From NCBI RefSeq assembly GCF_001194135.2, contig NC_068984.1, forward strand, positions 139,176,847 through 139,213,434: a stretch of 36,588 nucleotides of DNA, in the 5' to 3' direction. The DNA comes from Octopus bimaculoides (Eukaryota). Below, one piece after another: positions 1-10,786 of the stretch (position 1 is its first letter; each line of letters starts with the position of its first letter). The notes beneath the pieces are model-generated. The model searched no databases and had not been told where the DNA came from. It worked only from the letters and a program-made list of their open reading frames with translations. The position numbers and the translations under genes are program-made.

Positions 1-88
1 TAGGCTTACAAAGAAAAAGATTTGCTCGACCTAAGGCGGTGCTCCAGCATGGCCACAGTCAAATGACTGAAGCAAGTAAAAGAGTAAA
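1..88 (+). mobile_element. 3' end of CORE-type SINE (family B)
   Basis: aaggcggtgctccagcatggccacagtcaaatgactgaagcaagtaaaagag recurs in reverse at 12862-12923 and 17270-17330. Confidence 0.75.

Positions 89-158
<70 letters not shown>
89..158 (+). repeat. Compound (TA)n(TG)n microsatellite
   Basis: Direct reading. Confidence 0.95.
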
Positions 159-162
<4 letters not shown>

Positions 163-674
163 GAGTAACGTGTATATATATGTGTGTGTGTGTACGTGGG
201 TATGTATATATGTATGCATATATGTATGAATGTATTTATATCTATATCTAGGAATGAAATCCGAACAGAAATGCAGTCTCCTTTTGAAAAAGTAGAACCA
301 TTGTGTGTCTGAGCGGAGTTCTAAGTTTCATTATACTCTCGTTAAAAAATCATTTATTTTAAATATATTTGTAACTGTCTAAATTGTTTTCAAAACCAAA
401 CAGAGTTTGGTCTACCCACAAAGAAATGTTACTATATCGATACTATTTTGCTTTCCTTCCACAACGAGATCAACAGCTCCCACAAGGAAACGCCATTCAA
501 GTTTTTCCTAATTGTCTCAGAGTACTGTTAGTTAAAACGAGTTTTATGTGCTATTTTAAAAAAGATGGTGTTGCGAAGCGATTGGTAAAATGGCAATATG
601 AGATTTTTAATGTGGTTTTAGTACAATCTACAGGTAATGTAACTGATTGAAATAAGAGAAGCAACATTTTTGTT

Positions 675-855
675 CAGTTCTATATTTAAGAGATGAGGAA
701 TTATGTACGTTATTTACATTATTTACATTTGACGGATATTTGTCATTATCTTGTTTGTTGTTAACACAGCGTTTTGGCTGATATACCCTCCAGCCTTCAT
801 TAGGTGTCTTGGGAAAATTTCGAACCTCGGTTCTCAGTCCTAAGGTATTTTTCGA

Positions 856-894
<39 letters not shown>

Positions 895-921
895 TATTAT
901 TATTATTATTATTATCATCAT
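675..921 (-). mobile_element. Short non-autonomous element with hammerhead-like motif (763-808) and (AAT)n head
   Basis: Reverse-complement homolog of 1097-1243. Reads GACAC-CTAATGA-A-GGCTG-loop-CAGCC-AAAAC-GCT-GTGTT on the minus strand. Confidence 0.6.

Positions 922-990
<69 letters not shown>
859..990 (+). repeat. (TTA)n then (TAG)n microsatellites
   Basis: Direct reading. Confidence 0.95.
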
Positions 991-1044
991 CCTGCGCTCT
1001 TAACTACAAGATTCCGAGTTCGATTCCAAGCAGTGACCTCAACA

Positions 1045-1096
<52 letters not shown>

Positions 1097-1243
1097 CAGC
1101 ATCGAAAGATACCTTAGGAAAATACCCAGGTTCGAAATTTCCCCAAGGCACCTTATGAAGGTTGGAGGGTATATCAGCCGAAACGCTGTATTAACAACAA
1201 ACAAGATGAGGACAAATATCGGTCAAATGTAAATAATGTAAAC
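991..1243 (+). mobile_element. tRNA-headed short element: B-box, (AAT)n, hammerhead-like motif (1147-1192), TGTAAATAA-type tail
   Basis: B-box GTTCGATTCC at 1018-1027, (AAT)n at 1045-1097, then GGCAC-CTTATGA-A-GGTTG-loop-CAGCC-GAAAC-GCT-GTATT. Confidence 0.6.
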
Positions 1244-1270
1244 AATGAACATTTTTGTTGTTAACGATTC

Positions 1271-1305
<35 letters not shown>

Positions 1306-1734
1306 AAATGTTACACGTGTTGCTTATGATTCTCCATATAATGAACGCTTAGGTCAGCAACTGTTCAATGTATTTAGCGCTAATTACTTTTCGTTTCTAA
1401 ATTTCAGCGATTAAGTATATTTGTGAGTGTACAAGTATGTGTGCATGTGTGAGGTTTCTTAAAGCCCCGAAAAAGTGAAATAGCACTTGTGTGCAAAAAT
1501 CCAAAGTAAACGAATTACCAGCATCATGTGGTTTTTGTCAGGAGTCATTAATTCAATACGAAATATTAATTTACTTTACTGCGATTCATTTTTCTTTTTA
1601 TTTCAGCATGACTACTATTCGTTTTAAAGCGATTAAAACCAGTTACATGTTTCAAGCAGATTTCTTCTTTTCGTTTCATAATGTCATTTACTTGTGTGAT
1701 GCCGCCTAAGATTTTCATATTTATATATAGTCTC

Positions 1735-1960
1735 AGTAGTGGCTGTGTGGTAAAAAGCTTGCATCCCAACCACATGGTTCCGGGTTCAGTTCCACTGCCT
1801 GACACCTTGGGCAAGTGTCTTCTACTATAACCCCGCGCAAACCAAAGCCTTGTGAGTGGATTTGGTAGACGGAAACGGAAAGAAGCCCGTCGTATGTGTG
1901 TGTGTGTATGTGTGTATTTGTGTGTCTGTGTTTGTTCTTCCACTGTCACTTGACGCTAGG
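1735..1960 (+). mobile_element. tRNA-derived CORE-type SINE (family B)
   Basis: A-box-like tggctgtgtgg, B-box-like ggttcagttcc, CORE-like accttgggcaagtgtcttctact, internal (GT)n. Homologs at 14970 and 16925. Confidence 0.75.
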
Positions 1961-2164
1961 GAAGGTGAGAAAGTCCTTTGTGTTTCGAGCCTACGCTCTT
2001 CAACAGAAAGGAACACGAAGATATATATAGTGTGTGTGTATCAGAGTCTGTGTATGTTTGTGTGCATGTCTGTGTACAGGAATGTATGAGTATATGTATA
2101 TATACACGATAATTTATTCACTGTCACATTCTACCTCATTCCTAACTATTGGTTATTAGATGTC

Positions 2165-2395
2165 TTTCATTAGAAGATTTCTTGAGATTTGTGTTGCTGA
2201 GGGAGTATGTAAAGGCTGGGATTTTCTTCTCAAATTGCATGGTGACGCACTTATCCACAACTAGCTTGAGTCGGTAGTCAGAAACCCATTGCTACATTGT
2301 ATCTAGGTCTGATTGCAGGAAAGATCTTTAGCGCACATATGTTCATTTTATCTCGCGGTACAGCTTGATATAACATCTGCATATTTCAGCACTGT
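2165..2395 (-). mobile_element. CR1/L2-like LINE RT fragment (decayed)
   Basis: The minus strand shows a degenerate YADD region (TATGCAGATG) followed by LQSDLD-like and DKC.TM.F.KKNP motifs. Clearly homologous to 6960-7128. Confidence 0.7.
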
Positions 2396-2882
2396 ATCAA
2401 GTGAACTGTTGTTCCAACAAATCCTCTAGCACTTATCCGTACAGAAAGGAACCTGATGAGATATATCCATGTATGTCCAGTCAAGCAAAAATGTCTTGCC
2501 TGTAATAAACATGCAATTTGTAACAAACATTTCGCACTGACGTAGTTTTGATATTTCTTAAATAATGCAGTTTAAATTGAAAGCGAGTTCACGATGGCTA
2601 AATGAACAAGTTAACCCCACACGTCCAGGTTCTCACCATATAAAGCACTTTTTAAATTGTTACAATAATTTTGTGGCATTTTCACAAAAGTAAATATGAA
2701 ATTTACTGTTTCTTCCTTATAAAAAGGAGAAATATGAGTATAGTCTTCGAGTAGGTATGAATATCTTAAGTTTATATTGTATATTGATTTAATGTTTGAG
2801 GTTCACTAATTGTACATTCCTGTAAATTTCCGATTGTATTCTATTTTATTTCTCACCAGCAAATCTATTATTTTTATTCTAG

Positions 2883-3002
2883 TATTGGTTTCAGCCAGAG
2901 TTTGTAACTGTGCCGGAGAACCGCCATTAGCGCTGATCCTTGTTTGTTTTACACTCACTTGCTCGTCTTAATCCTGTCTCCGGAATCGGTCCTGGCGAGG
3001 CA
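2883..3002 (+). other. Possible non-coding 5' exon (start uncertain)
   Basis: CpG-richer, ATG-free segment ending at GGCA|GTGAGT (GT at 3003). Confidence 0.25.
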
Positions 3003-3799
3003 GTGAGTAGGTATCTTTATTTTCGTTTCACTCCGTGATACAGTTTCATATATCCCTTCATAAGAGAAGGTGCGAGAAAATGTTTAAGTAATAGTTATTA
3101 TAGAGAAGATATGCGTATCTTTCGCGTCTTGTCTTCAGGAATCGCGACTCAACTCTTTTAGCCTCTCCCTGTAGTCCATTGTAATCCATCTGTTGCACCG
3201 AGGTAATCTTCTTAATACAGTGACGTTAGATTGCGTTCGTCTGTGCCTAATTTTACTTAATACATTTTGCTAAGTATTTCATTCTCTTTTATCCGATTCT
3301 AACTGAGAAGTATAAGCATATCTAAATACATAAAACCAACAAATGAATCTCATGTCCAATGATATAGCCTCTTTGCAGTTACTAGAATTACAACGAATAA
3401 CACTCAGGTCACTCCCACGTTAATATGCTTCGCAGAAAAAAAGATTTTATGACGTAATCTTAAAAATACTGCAGACGAAATTAAGACGGGCATGTTTGGA
3501 ATAACTTTGGCCAATGGTCTGTTTGATCAGGGCTGGACGGAAGTTAAACATCGGTAACAAACGCCGTAATATACACAAATATGCATTCACACATTCACAA
3601 GCACACAGATAATGTGGTGGATCTTATGCGAGACTGCCTAACAGCTAGGAATAGTAGTCAAATCACTCTCAAATTACATTCAATCACCTTGATAAAAGAG
3701 GATATATCGCATTGTGTAAATCGATAAACAGGATGGTCACTTCTTTAGAACAGTTGGTCATTGATCATTCGGTTGAGGTGGATGAGGATGACTTGGTGC

Positions 3800-3963
3800 C
3801 AGGACGGTCTTAACGGTATTATAGGCCTTGAGGCAAATCAATGCTCTGGACCCTGAATTATTTACTGATAGCAAGCCGTAGCATACATGAATCATAAGTG
3901 GGCCCCTAGACCCTTGAGGCCGTCGGTCAATGCTTAGCGTGTCTATGCATTAAAACGAATCTG
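3800..3963. mobile_element. Possible degenerate MITE
   Basis: Imperfect terminal inverted repeats caggacggtcttaa / ttaaaacgaatctg with an internal gggccc. Weak. Confidence 0.25.
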
Positions 3964-5980
3964 TCAGGAGTTAAACAATACTAACTACAGAGAGAGCACT
4001 TATGTGGTCTTTCCATCATTCAGAATTAGCAGCACCATTTTCCTTTAAATCAAGACGTATAGTCTTTGAAAATCCCCAATAAATATAAGATAATTCAGTC
4101 GTAGATGCATTTAGTATACGTGATATTTACGACTGAAGCACGTTTGATCTTAAGTGTTTTAATAGATTTCACACTAATCAACAACACACCTACACAACTT
4201 TTAATTAGCTAGAGATAAGTGGAAATAATTGGTCTGATTAGTAGAGGTATTATAAGAGGTGAAGATCAGCCATTCTTAGTTGTATGTGTAAAGGGGCAAA
4301 GCATTTTATCGGGTCTAATTTTTCTTATAATCAAGGCGGGGACCCCAAAGTGTCTCTGCCCTAAAATACTGAGAAATCTTACTATTGATAGTAACTCAGT
4401 AAAGTCCTTCACAAAGTAATTATGAGGGACAGAAGCAATCTCTGTATCCGACTTTACTCGAATGCAGGGTACTTTTATGCACCATGTCTCCGTACGAAAG
4501 GTCATGTCTAGGTGAATTACGCAGAATCTGGTGTTCTATCAAAACATCTGTATTCAATCGGGTATTAAGAATGCCTTCATCGAATATCTTAACGTAGAAA
4601 GTCTTCGTTAAGGGACGTCCTGCAATGTAGACTCAGATGTTGATTGTATATATATCCTTTCTGACACAATTCAGACTCCGTGAAATTATTAGATAATCAA
4701 CCGTGCAGAATTGGTCATCTGTCAGATGTCGATAATTAATCAAACTCCGAAAAAAAGAGTCTGGTGTGATTTTGAAGTGGGGGTCATTATACTTTTTATC
4801 AGACACTAGTCCATCATTAACATCTAATGAGCATGTAGTTAAAAAGGGGATCTGTCATAAGAAATTTTACTGTGCAATGTCACCATTGCTGGATTAAAGT
4901 GTATTGTTGTTTAATCATCATTCGATCAACCGTAAAGAAGTAAAGAAACAGAACTAGAGTCACTGGTATTACCGCCATAGCTATGCAATTTGTGTTGGGG
5001 TTTATTGTAAGCGGGTCCATATTATGACCCTAATTTTTAACTGTAGGGTATAATGTGGGGAGATTCGACAACTAATTCTAGGAGGCCGGGCGACTGCGTA
5101 GACACTCCCTCGTGGGATCATATGCACATTTCTGTGTAATGTCAGTAGATTAGAGATTATATCAGATAAATAATAGGACTTGTGGAGAGATGGTGAATAG
5201 GAATTAAGTTTTAATCATTCAATAATTAAAATATATATTCCTGATAGAATATTCCGTGTTGTTAATTGGATTTCAGAATTGAAGAAACTAACATAACAAA
5301 ACAATACCAACCATAATAGAGCATCCTTAGCAACGGATCATTGAATAACTGGAATTCGATGAAGACGCCGAAAAGTGATATAATGAACAATTATCGTTTT
5401 CCCCGATTCAGTTACAAAGTTGTTTGATTTCCCGTTAATTATTTTAAAATTTAACTTATTCTTTCTGTGAAACATGAAGAAGTGATAGCACTTCCAGAAA
5501 GGTTTTGAATAAAATATAAGCGTAATATACTTCGTATTTCACTAACAGGTTTTTCTTCGCTTGTGGAATTTCAAAACCAACTCTAAATCTAACTTTTTTT
5601 AATGGACTGGACCAGTGACCAATGGTTCATATCGCCCTCTTGACGGAGCAGAAAAAAAAAAAAAGAAAAATGGCTTCAGACTTTGGCAGAAAGGCAGTAA
5701 TTTCGGAAGCGGGGATAAGTCGAGTAGATCGATCCAAATGTTTGACTGGTACATATTTTAAAAAGAAGATAACGATTCAAAGGAAAGATGACGTTAGTGT
5801 TTAAGAAAATTATTAGAAATTCTAAGCAGAAGGGAACGAATGAAAGCATGTACAGGTTTGAGCATTCGTCTCACGAGATATAACATATTCTATATAAAAT
5901 TGATAGATATTAGTTATGTTTCACGGTAGAAAATCATTGGAAATATAAACATGATATTATGCCCTTCGCATGACATAATA

Positions 5981-6096
5981 TCCCGAAAAGATGAAAGAGA
6001 AAGCTGACCGCTTCAGAATTTGAACTCAGAAAGTAAAGAGACGAAATGCCGATAAGCATTTCGCCAGAAGTCTAACCATTCTGCCAGCTCACCGTC
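5981..6096 (-). mobile_element. tRNA-derived SINE family A, 5' half
   Basis: Reverse of gagctggcagaatggttag...ttctgagttcaaattc, shared with many copies in the window. Confidence 0.8.
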
Positions 6097-6357
6097 ATAA
6101 AACTATATATATTAAGTTTAATTACAGTTACCTAATTTATTACACAAGGCTTACACTTGAGGAGGCGAAGATGTTTGATGAGTGTCCAGAAAAATAGATC
6201 AGAAATACTGCACTAAACGAAGAAATGATTTCTTGTTGGTTTGAACAACGGATGAATAAGATTGACCTTAGATTTCAGAGACCATCTCAGGGAACGCGGC
6301 TGAAGTTCTTCATGAACAACTAATCTTAAGTAAACCCAACTAATCACAAGAACTAAT

Positions 6358-6437
6358 ATGATGGAACTGCACGTCTATGGGCTGGTTTGTATAATAATTC
6401 TGTGTACTCTGGCGTCGAATATATATATATACTATAG
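6358..6437 (+). CDS. Candidate micropeptide coding exon 1 (MMELHVYGLVCIIILCTLASNIYIYY + AG, phase 2)
   Basis: ATGATGG start at 6358 (second ATG has -3 A and +4 G). Encodes a 21-residue hydrophobic stretch. Ends at a strong donor TAG|GTGAGT (GT at 6438). Upstream acceptor gatttcag| gives exon start 6279. No homologue recognised. Confidence 0.5.
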
Positions 6438-6539
6438 GTGAGTATATACATGCATATGAATACAATTTTTGTATATTTATATATTCGCGTCTATGTAATT
6501 ATCTGAGGAGCTGTGAATGTGTTTATTGTTTTGTGTATC

Positions 6540-6790
6540 TAGCCATCTAGCTATGGAACGAGAGTTATAGTTAATCGTGCCGTTTACCCGCGCATGGTTG
6601 AATTTCTTCACTTTGACATTAAGAGCACTAGGCAGAAATCAGAACGCGTCTGTGCGGCTCAGCTGGCTATACGATGCTGTGTTTCAATTAGACAGTCGGG
6701 TTCCCCGGTCCGTATCAGTCCCGAATCGACCGTTCGCCGCTGGCCATTGGCCTGCCGCGCGCCGCGATGCGATGACCGATCCCACGTAAG
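6540..6790 (-). pseudogene. 28S: Degenerate 28S rRNA fragment
   Basis: The minus strand reads ggggaacccgactgtctaattgaaac...ttctgcctagtgctcttaatgtcaaagtgaagaaattcaaccatgcgcgggtaaacggc...taactataactctc, matching the conserved LSU core just upstream of the R2 insertion site. Many substitutions, isolated copy. Confidence 0.85.
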
Positions 6791-6804
6791 GAGTAGCCAC
6801 ACCA

Positions 6805-7128
6805 CACCGTTGTTATAAACAGTTATAAATAGATAGCTGGACAGTAGCTGACAAAGGTTTTACTCAGTGATGCTAGGACACCCTCAGCCTTCTTGACAAT
6901 CTTAGAGTTGTGGTTTATCCAACGTAGGTCCTTGTTTACAATGATACCTAGATCATGTTCATTAGAAGACTTCTTGAGATTTGTGTTGCTGAAGGAGTAT
7001 GTAAAGGCTGGGTTTTTCTTCCTAAAGTGCATGGTGACGCATTTGTCCACAACTAACTTAAAGTGGCAGTCAGAAATACATGGCTACATTATGTCCAGGT
7101 CTGATTGCAGGGAAGATCTATAGCGCAC
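6805..7128 (-). mobile_element. CR1/L2-like LINE RT C-terminal fragment
   Basis: LQSDLDIM..DKCVTMHFRKKNP..EHDLGIIVNKDLRW..H..KIVKKA..L..L.KTF matches the post-YADD region of CR1-type ORF2. Confidence 0.8.
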
Positions 7129-7704
7129 ATATATATATATATATATATATATTTTCAGTTCCAGAACTAAAGATAGCATTTGCTCGGGTTTGTATGAGTG
7201 GAGTGATATTCTAGTTGATGATGGTGGTTGTGTGTTGCTAGACTTTTGGATATGCGACGATGGATCTCCAGGCTTAGATCAGCCTTCATATTTTCCGGGT
7301 AATTTAATAAAAAATAATTTCCTCCTTGGTTTATTTTATGTGGTGTTGCGGTTTTTTGCTGAAATTCTTTCTTCTTTGGTTGGTGTTTGGAGGTGGATTG
7401 TGGTTGTGTGTTGTTTTTGTTGCACTTTCTTGTTGTAGTTTAATTCTTTATTCGTTTCAGCTATTTTGAGTTGTGATCTGCTTCTTCGGCTCCAGACTGG
7501 GCAGAGTTAAGAAAAACACGTCCTGTCCATTCGGTTGCTTCCAAGCTTCTTAAACGAACAATAAATTTATAATCTATAAAAATAAGGTGTAACCCATCAG
7601 ATTAATGCGAAATCATTTTGCTTATTATAACTGAACATTAAAAAGAACATTAATATATATACATATATGTGTGTATGTGTGTTTGCGCGCGTACGCGTGT
7701 ATAC

Positions 7705-7705
<1 letters not shown>

Positions 7706-7735
<30 letters not shown>

Positions 7736-7765
7736 TGTATGTATGTATGTATGTATGTATGTATA
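7706..7765 (+). repeat. (TATG)n
   Basis: Direct reading. Confidence 0.95.
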
Positions 7766-7959
7766 CGACGCTATGCTATATTCATGGGCATAAGCAGTTA
7801 GTTAAAAATCAGAATAGTGTGGTAATAGTCTAAGGGAGAGAACCAGAAATAACCATGTGAAATTAGGATGTAAGAGTATTGTCCCTTTAGCCATTAAACA
7901 GCCAGCTTCGACAAGACCCTACAGAACAGGAATACTCTCCGTTGAGTTGCGGAGGGTAA

Positions 7960-7973
7960 GTGCGTGCGTGTGC

Positions 7974-8036
<63 letters not shown>

Positions 8037-8060
8037 ACAAAGAGAGACAGAGACAGACAG
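7960..8060 (+). repeat. (GCGT)n(GT)n(GA/GACA)n
   Basis: Direct reading. Confidence 0.95.
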
Positions 8061-8457
8061 ACAGGAAGAGAGAGGGGAGCTATTGCGGTATTTTCCTAAG
8101 TTCTTTAGGGTCTGAGATGAAATCTCCATGAACCGAGGTAAACAAAACTCATCAATCAAAGTCCTGGCTTCGAGTTGATCAAATTTTCAATTCCTTGATT
8201 AATGAAATGATGCTGTGTTAATGTTAGAAATTAAAAACGGTAGGATTGGGTGAATCGTTCGAGCGTTAGAGAGAAAATTACAAATAGCAGTTGTCCAGAA
8301 TCTTTTATATCTTGAATCGAAATCCAGCCGAGGATTCCTTTTTTCTCTTTTCGGGATCTATAAAATAAGGTACTGGTGAATTACTGAAATCGATAGTATT
8401 GACAAATCGCCACCAGTTAATTCTGTAAGTATTGTTATATTACAGGATGGTCATTTC

Positions 8458-8458
<1 letters not shown>

Positions 8459-8489
<31 letters not shown>

Positions 8490-8518
8490 CTTCTTCTTCT
8501 TCTTCTTCTTCTTCTTCT
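8459..8518 (+). repeat. (TTC)n, about 20 units
   Basis: Direct reading. Confidence 0.95.
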
Positions 8519-8572
8519 TTGTTAAATACACACACGCACTACATAATCGTCCTTTACTTCCGTTTCACTAGT

Positions 8573-8780
8573 ATTCTGGGCTTCGATGACAGTCATCTCG
8601 CCAGCCTGTACCGAAGAACATTCGGGCCAGGACCTATGGACCATTACCAGAAGTCCCTGGCATGGTAGTGTTACAGAGGTGCCTTACCTGTTCGAAATAA
8701 GCTCTTTAGGCATGGTTTTTCGTCCTCGCCGACTTGTCCAAGATGCTGGCAAGACAGTGAAACTGTTCTGCAACGATATA
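8573..8780 (+). mobile_element. Tx1/L1-like LINE ORF2 zinc-finger (zf-RVT-like) fragment
   Basis: Reads SLAW*CYRGALPVRNKLFRHGFSSSPTCPRCWQDSETVL with one stop codon. Confidence 0.65.
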
Positions 8781-8819
8781 GAAACCAGGTTTCGCAGCCG
8801 TATAGCAAAGTTGAAATGA

Positions 8820-9145
8820 CAATAGCTCACTTCAGGAAAAAGACTACGGAGTTGTCCTCTTCGAAGATACAAGGACCAACACAAAACAACAGTGAAAGCC
8901 TCTGTAATTGAGCCTAAATCGGTTGAAACACAGACTTGAATCCGTACTAATTGGCAGTGTTCCATAACTATCAGAACCAAAAAACTTCGAAGCCACCGGA
9001 AGAGAAAAGGAAGAAATCAAACGACAAGAGAGAAAGGCTCGACAAAATTAACTTCGTTTTCTACCAATATTGCTATGCAGCCAATCCCATCGACTCATCT
9101 ATGCAAGAAATTAGTCTACAGTTATCAACAGCATCAGTATAAAGG
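8820..9145 (+). mobile_element. RTE-clade LINE 3' fragment
   Basis: LTSGKRLRSCPLRRYKDQHKTTVKA followed by EIKRQERKAR, resembling the RTE C-terminal G.R..GRP..RYKD motif. Frameshifted. Confidence 0.6.
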
Positions 9146-9216
9146 AAGCGTTCAGTAAAAGCAAATTTCTTGGATACGAAATAATGGCGGCGACGGTGGC
9201 GAATAATTACTACCAT

Positions 9217-9657
9217 TAAGGTAGCCACCGGACAGAATCATTAGCACATCGGACTAAGCGTCATTTCGTCTGTTATTACGTTCTGAGTTCAAATTCCGTT
9301 GTGGTTGGCTTGCATTTCATCCTTTTAGAGTTGATAAAATATAGACCGGTTGAACACTGAGGAAGATGCAATCGACTTACAACTTACCCTACAATTACTG
9401 CCCTTGTGTCAAAATTTGAAACCAGTACTTACTATCATCAAGGTGCTGAGCTAGTAGAATCGTTACCACGACGGACAAAATGTTTAGCGGCATTCTGTCC
9501 GTCTTTACATTCTAATTTGAACTTGAAACTCTGCCGATGTCGAATTTAATTTACATCGTTTTCTGTATCGTTCAAATAAGCACCACATAAATAAGCCATT
9601 TAATCGACTTACACCCCAACCATTGAAATTGCTGGCCTTGTGCCAAATTTCAAAACA
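9217..9657 (+). mobile_element. Two adjacent decayed family A SINEs (9217-9423, ~9437-9657)
   Basis: Each has a taagg..cagaatc.ttag head, ttctgagttcaaattcc B-box or remnant, and ggccttgtgccaaattt tail. Confidence 0.7.
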
Positions 9658-9725
9658 ATATTTACTACCATTCTTTTGTAATATACACTCAGTCGAAACT
9701 TGTGTGAATATTGTTATCGATATTC

Positions 9726-9900
9726 GCCCCTGGATGGGATGCCAGTCCGTCTTAGGAATACTCATTTTTGCCAGGTGAGTGGACAAGAATTAAGTAAAAT
9801 GAAATGCTTTACTCAAGAACACAACAGCCGGTCCCAGAATCGAAACCACAATCTAGGGATCATGTTTCCAACACCCATGACCACTAAGCCTCGCACCTCA
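9726..9900 (-). mobile_element. tRNA-derived SINE, family C (CORE-like block plus gactggcatcccatccaggg domain)
   Basis: Minus strand: gaggcttagtggtcatggg (A-box), ggtttcgattct (B-box), gtgttcttgagtaaagc, then ggactggcatcccatccagggg. Confidence 0.6.
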
Positions 9901-9919
9901 ACTCTGACAAAATAATAGG

Positions 9920-10786
9920 TTATAAAAGAAGGACGCCAGCAAGTTTGAGGGGAGGGGGAAATTGATTATATTGAGCCCAGTGCTTGACTGCTACTTATTT
10001 TATCGACCCCGAAAGCATGAAAGACAAATTCGACCTCGGCGGTATTTGAACTCAGAACGTAAAGCCGGGAAAAATGCTGCCAAGCATTTTGTCCGGCGAG
10101 CTAACGATTCTCCATGCACGCTGTCATGATAAACAATAAAAATAATAGTTTCTGAATTTTGTCGAAAGGCCAGCAATTTTGAGAGGAGGGGAAAGTTGAT
10201 ACATTGACCCGAATGCTACACTATTTCATTGATCCCAGATGGACGACAGACAAAGTCGACATCGATCACATTTGAACTCAAAGCGTAAAGAGCCGAAAGA
10301 AACGAGGGAAAGTATTTTGAACTACACGGTAACGATTCTGTTCGCTTGCCACCTTAATGAATAATAAAATAATTCTTTCTTCTATAGGAACAAGGCCTGA
10401 AAATTTGGGGCAAAAGGTTAGTTGGTTACCTCGTCTCAAGGGCTCAACTGGAACATTTTCTATCGACTCCTGGCGGAGGAAAGACAAAATCGATCCTGGT
10501 TTTGTTTGAACTTAGAACGTAAAAAGCTAGAAGAAATGTGGCTAAGAACTTCGTCTGACGGTCTAACGATTCTTATTTCATTACTGCCCAAGGACAGACA
10601 AAGGGATTAAGTCAATTACATCGACTCCCAGTACGCAACTGGTACTTAATTTATCGACATCGACCTCGAAAGGATGAAAGGCAAAGTCGACCTCGGCGGA
10701 ATTTGAACTCAGAAAGTAACGGCAGACAAAATACTGCTAAGAAATTCGTCTGACGGTCTAACGATTCTACCAGCTCACCACCTTAA
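9920..10786 (-). mobile_element. Head-to-tail array of four family A SINEs (9920-10126, 10149-10357, 10373-10589, 10600-10786)
   Basis: atttgaactca..aacgtaa and aacgattct motifs repeat at ~200-230 bp spacing, all on the minus strand. Confidence 0.8.

Noticed and set aside
804-1232. ORFs with poly-L/V/N/I/S/Y runs
   Set aside because: Translations of (TTA)n, (TAG)n and (AAT)n microsatellites.
2453-2470. CTGATGA followed by a GATATATC palindrome as a hammerhead or C/D snoRNA
   Set aside because: No GAAA after the hairpin, and no terminal stem with a D box at a suitable distance.
4219-4505. Overlapping 66/79-aa ORFs
   Set aside because: No recognisable motif or convincing splice signals. May be an old repeat; unassigned.
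5670-5749. MASDFGRK... as the first coding exon
   Set aside because: Weak donor (GTACAT) and no features; the 6358-6437 exon has much better signals.
6540-6790. Functional rRNA gene
   Set aside because: Short, isolated, and substituted at conserved positions.
9920-10786. CRISPR-like or satellite array
   Set aside because: The units are diverged ~210-bp SINE copies also dispersed elsewhere, with no repeat-spacer structure.
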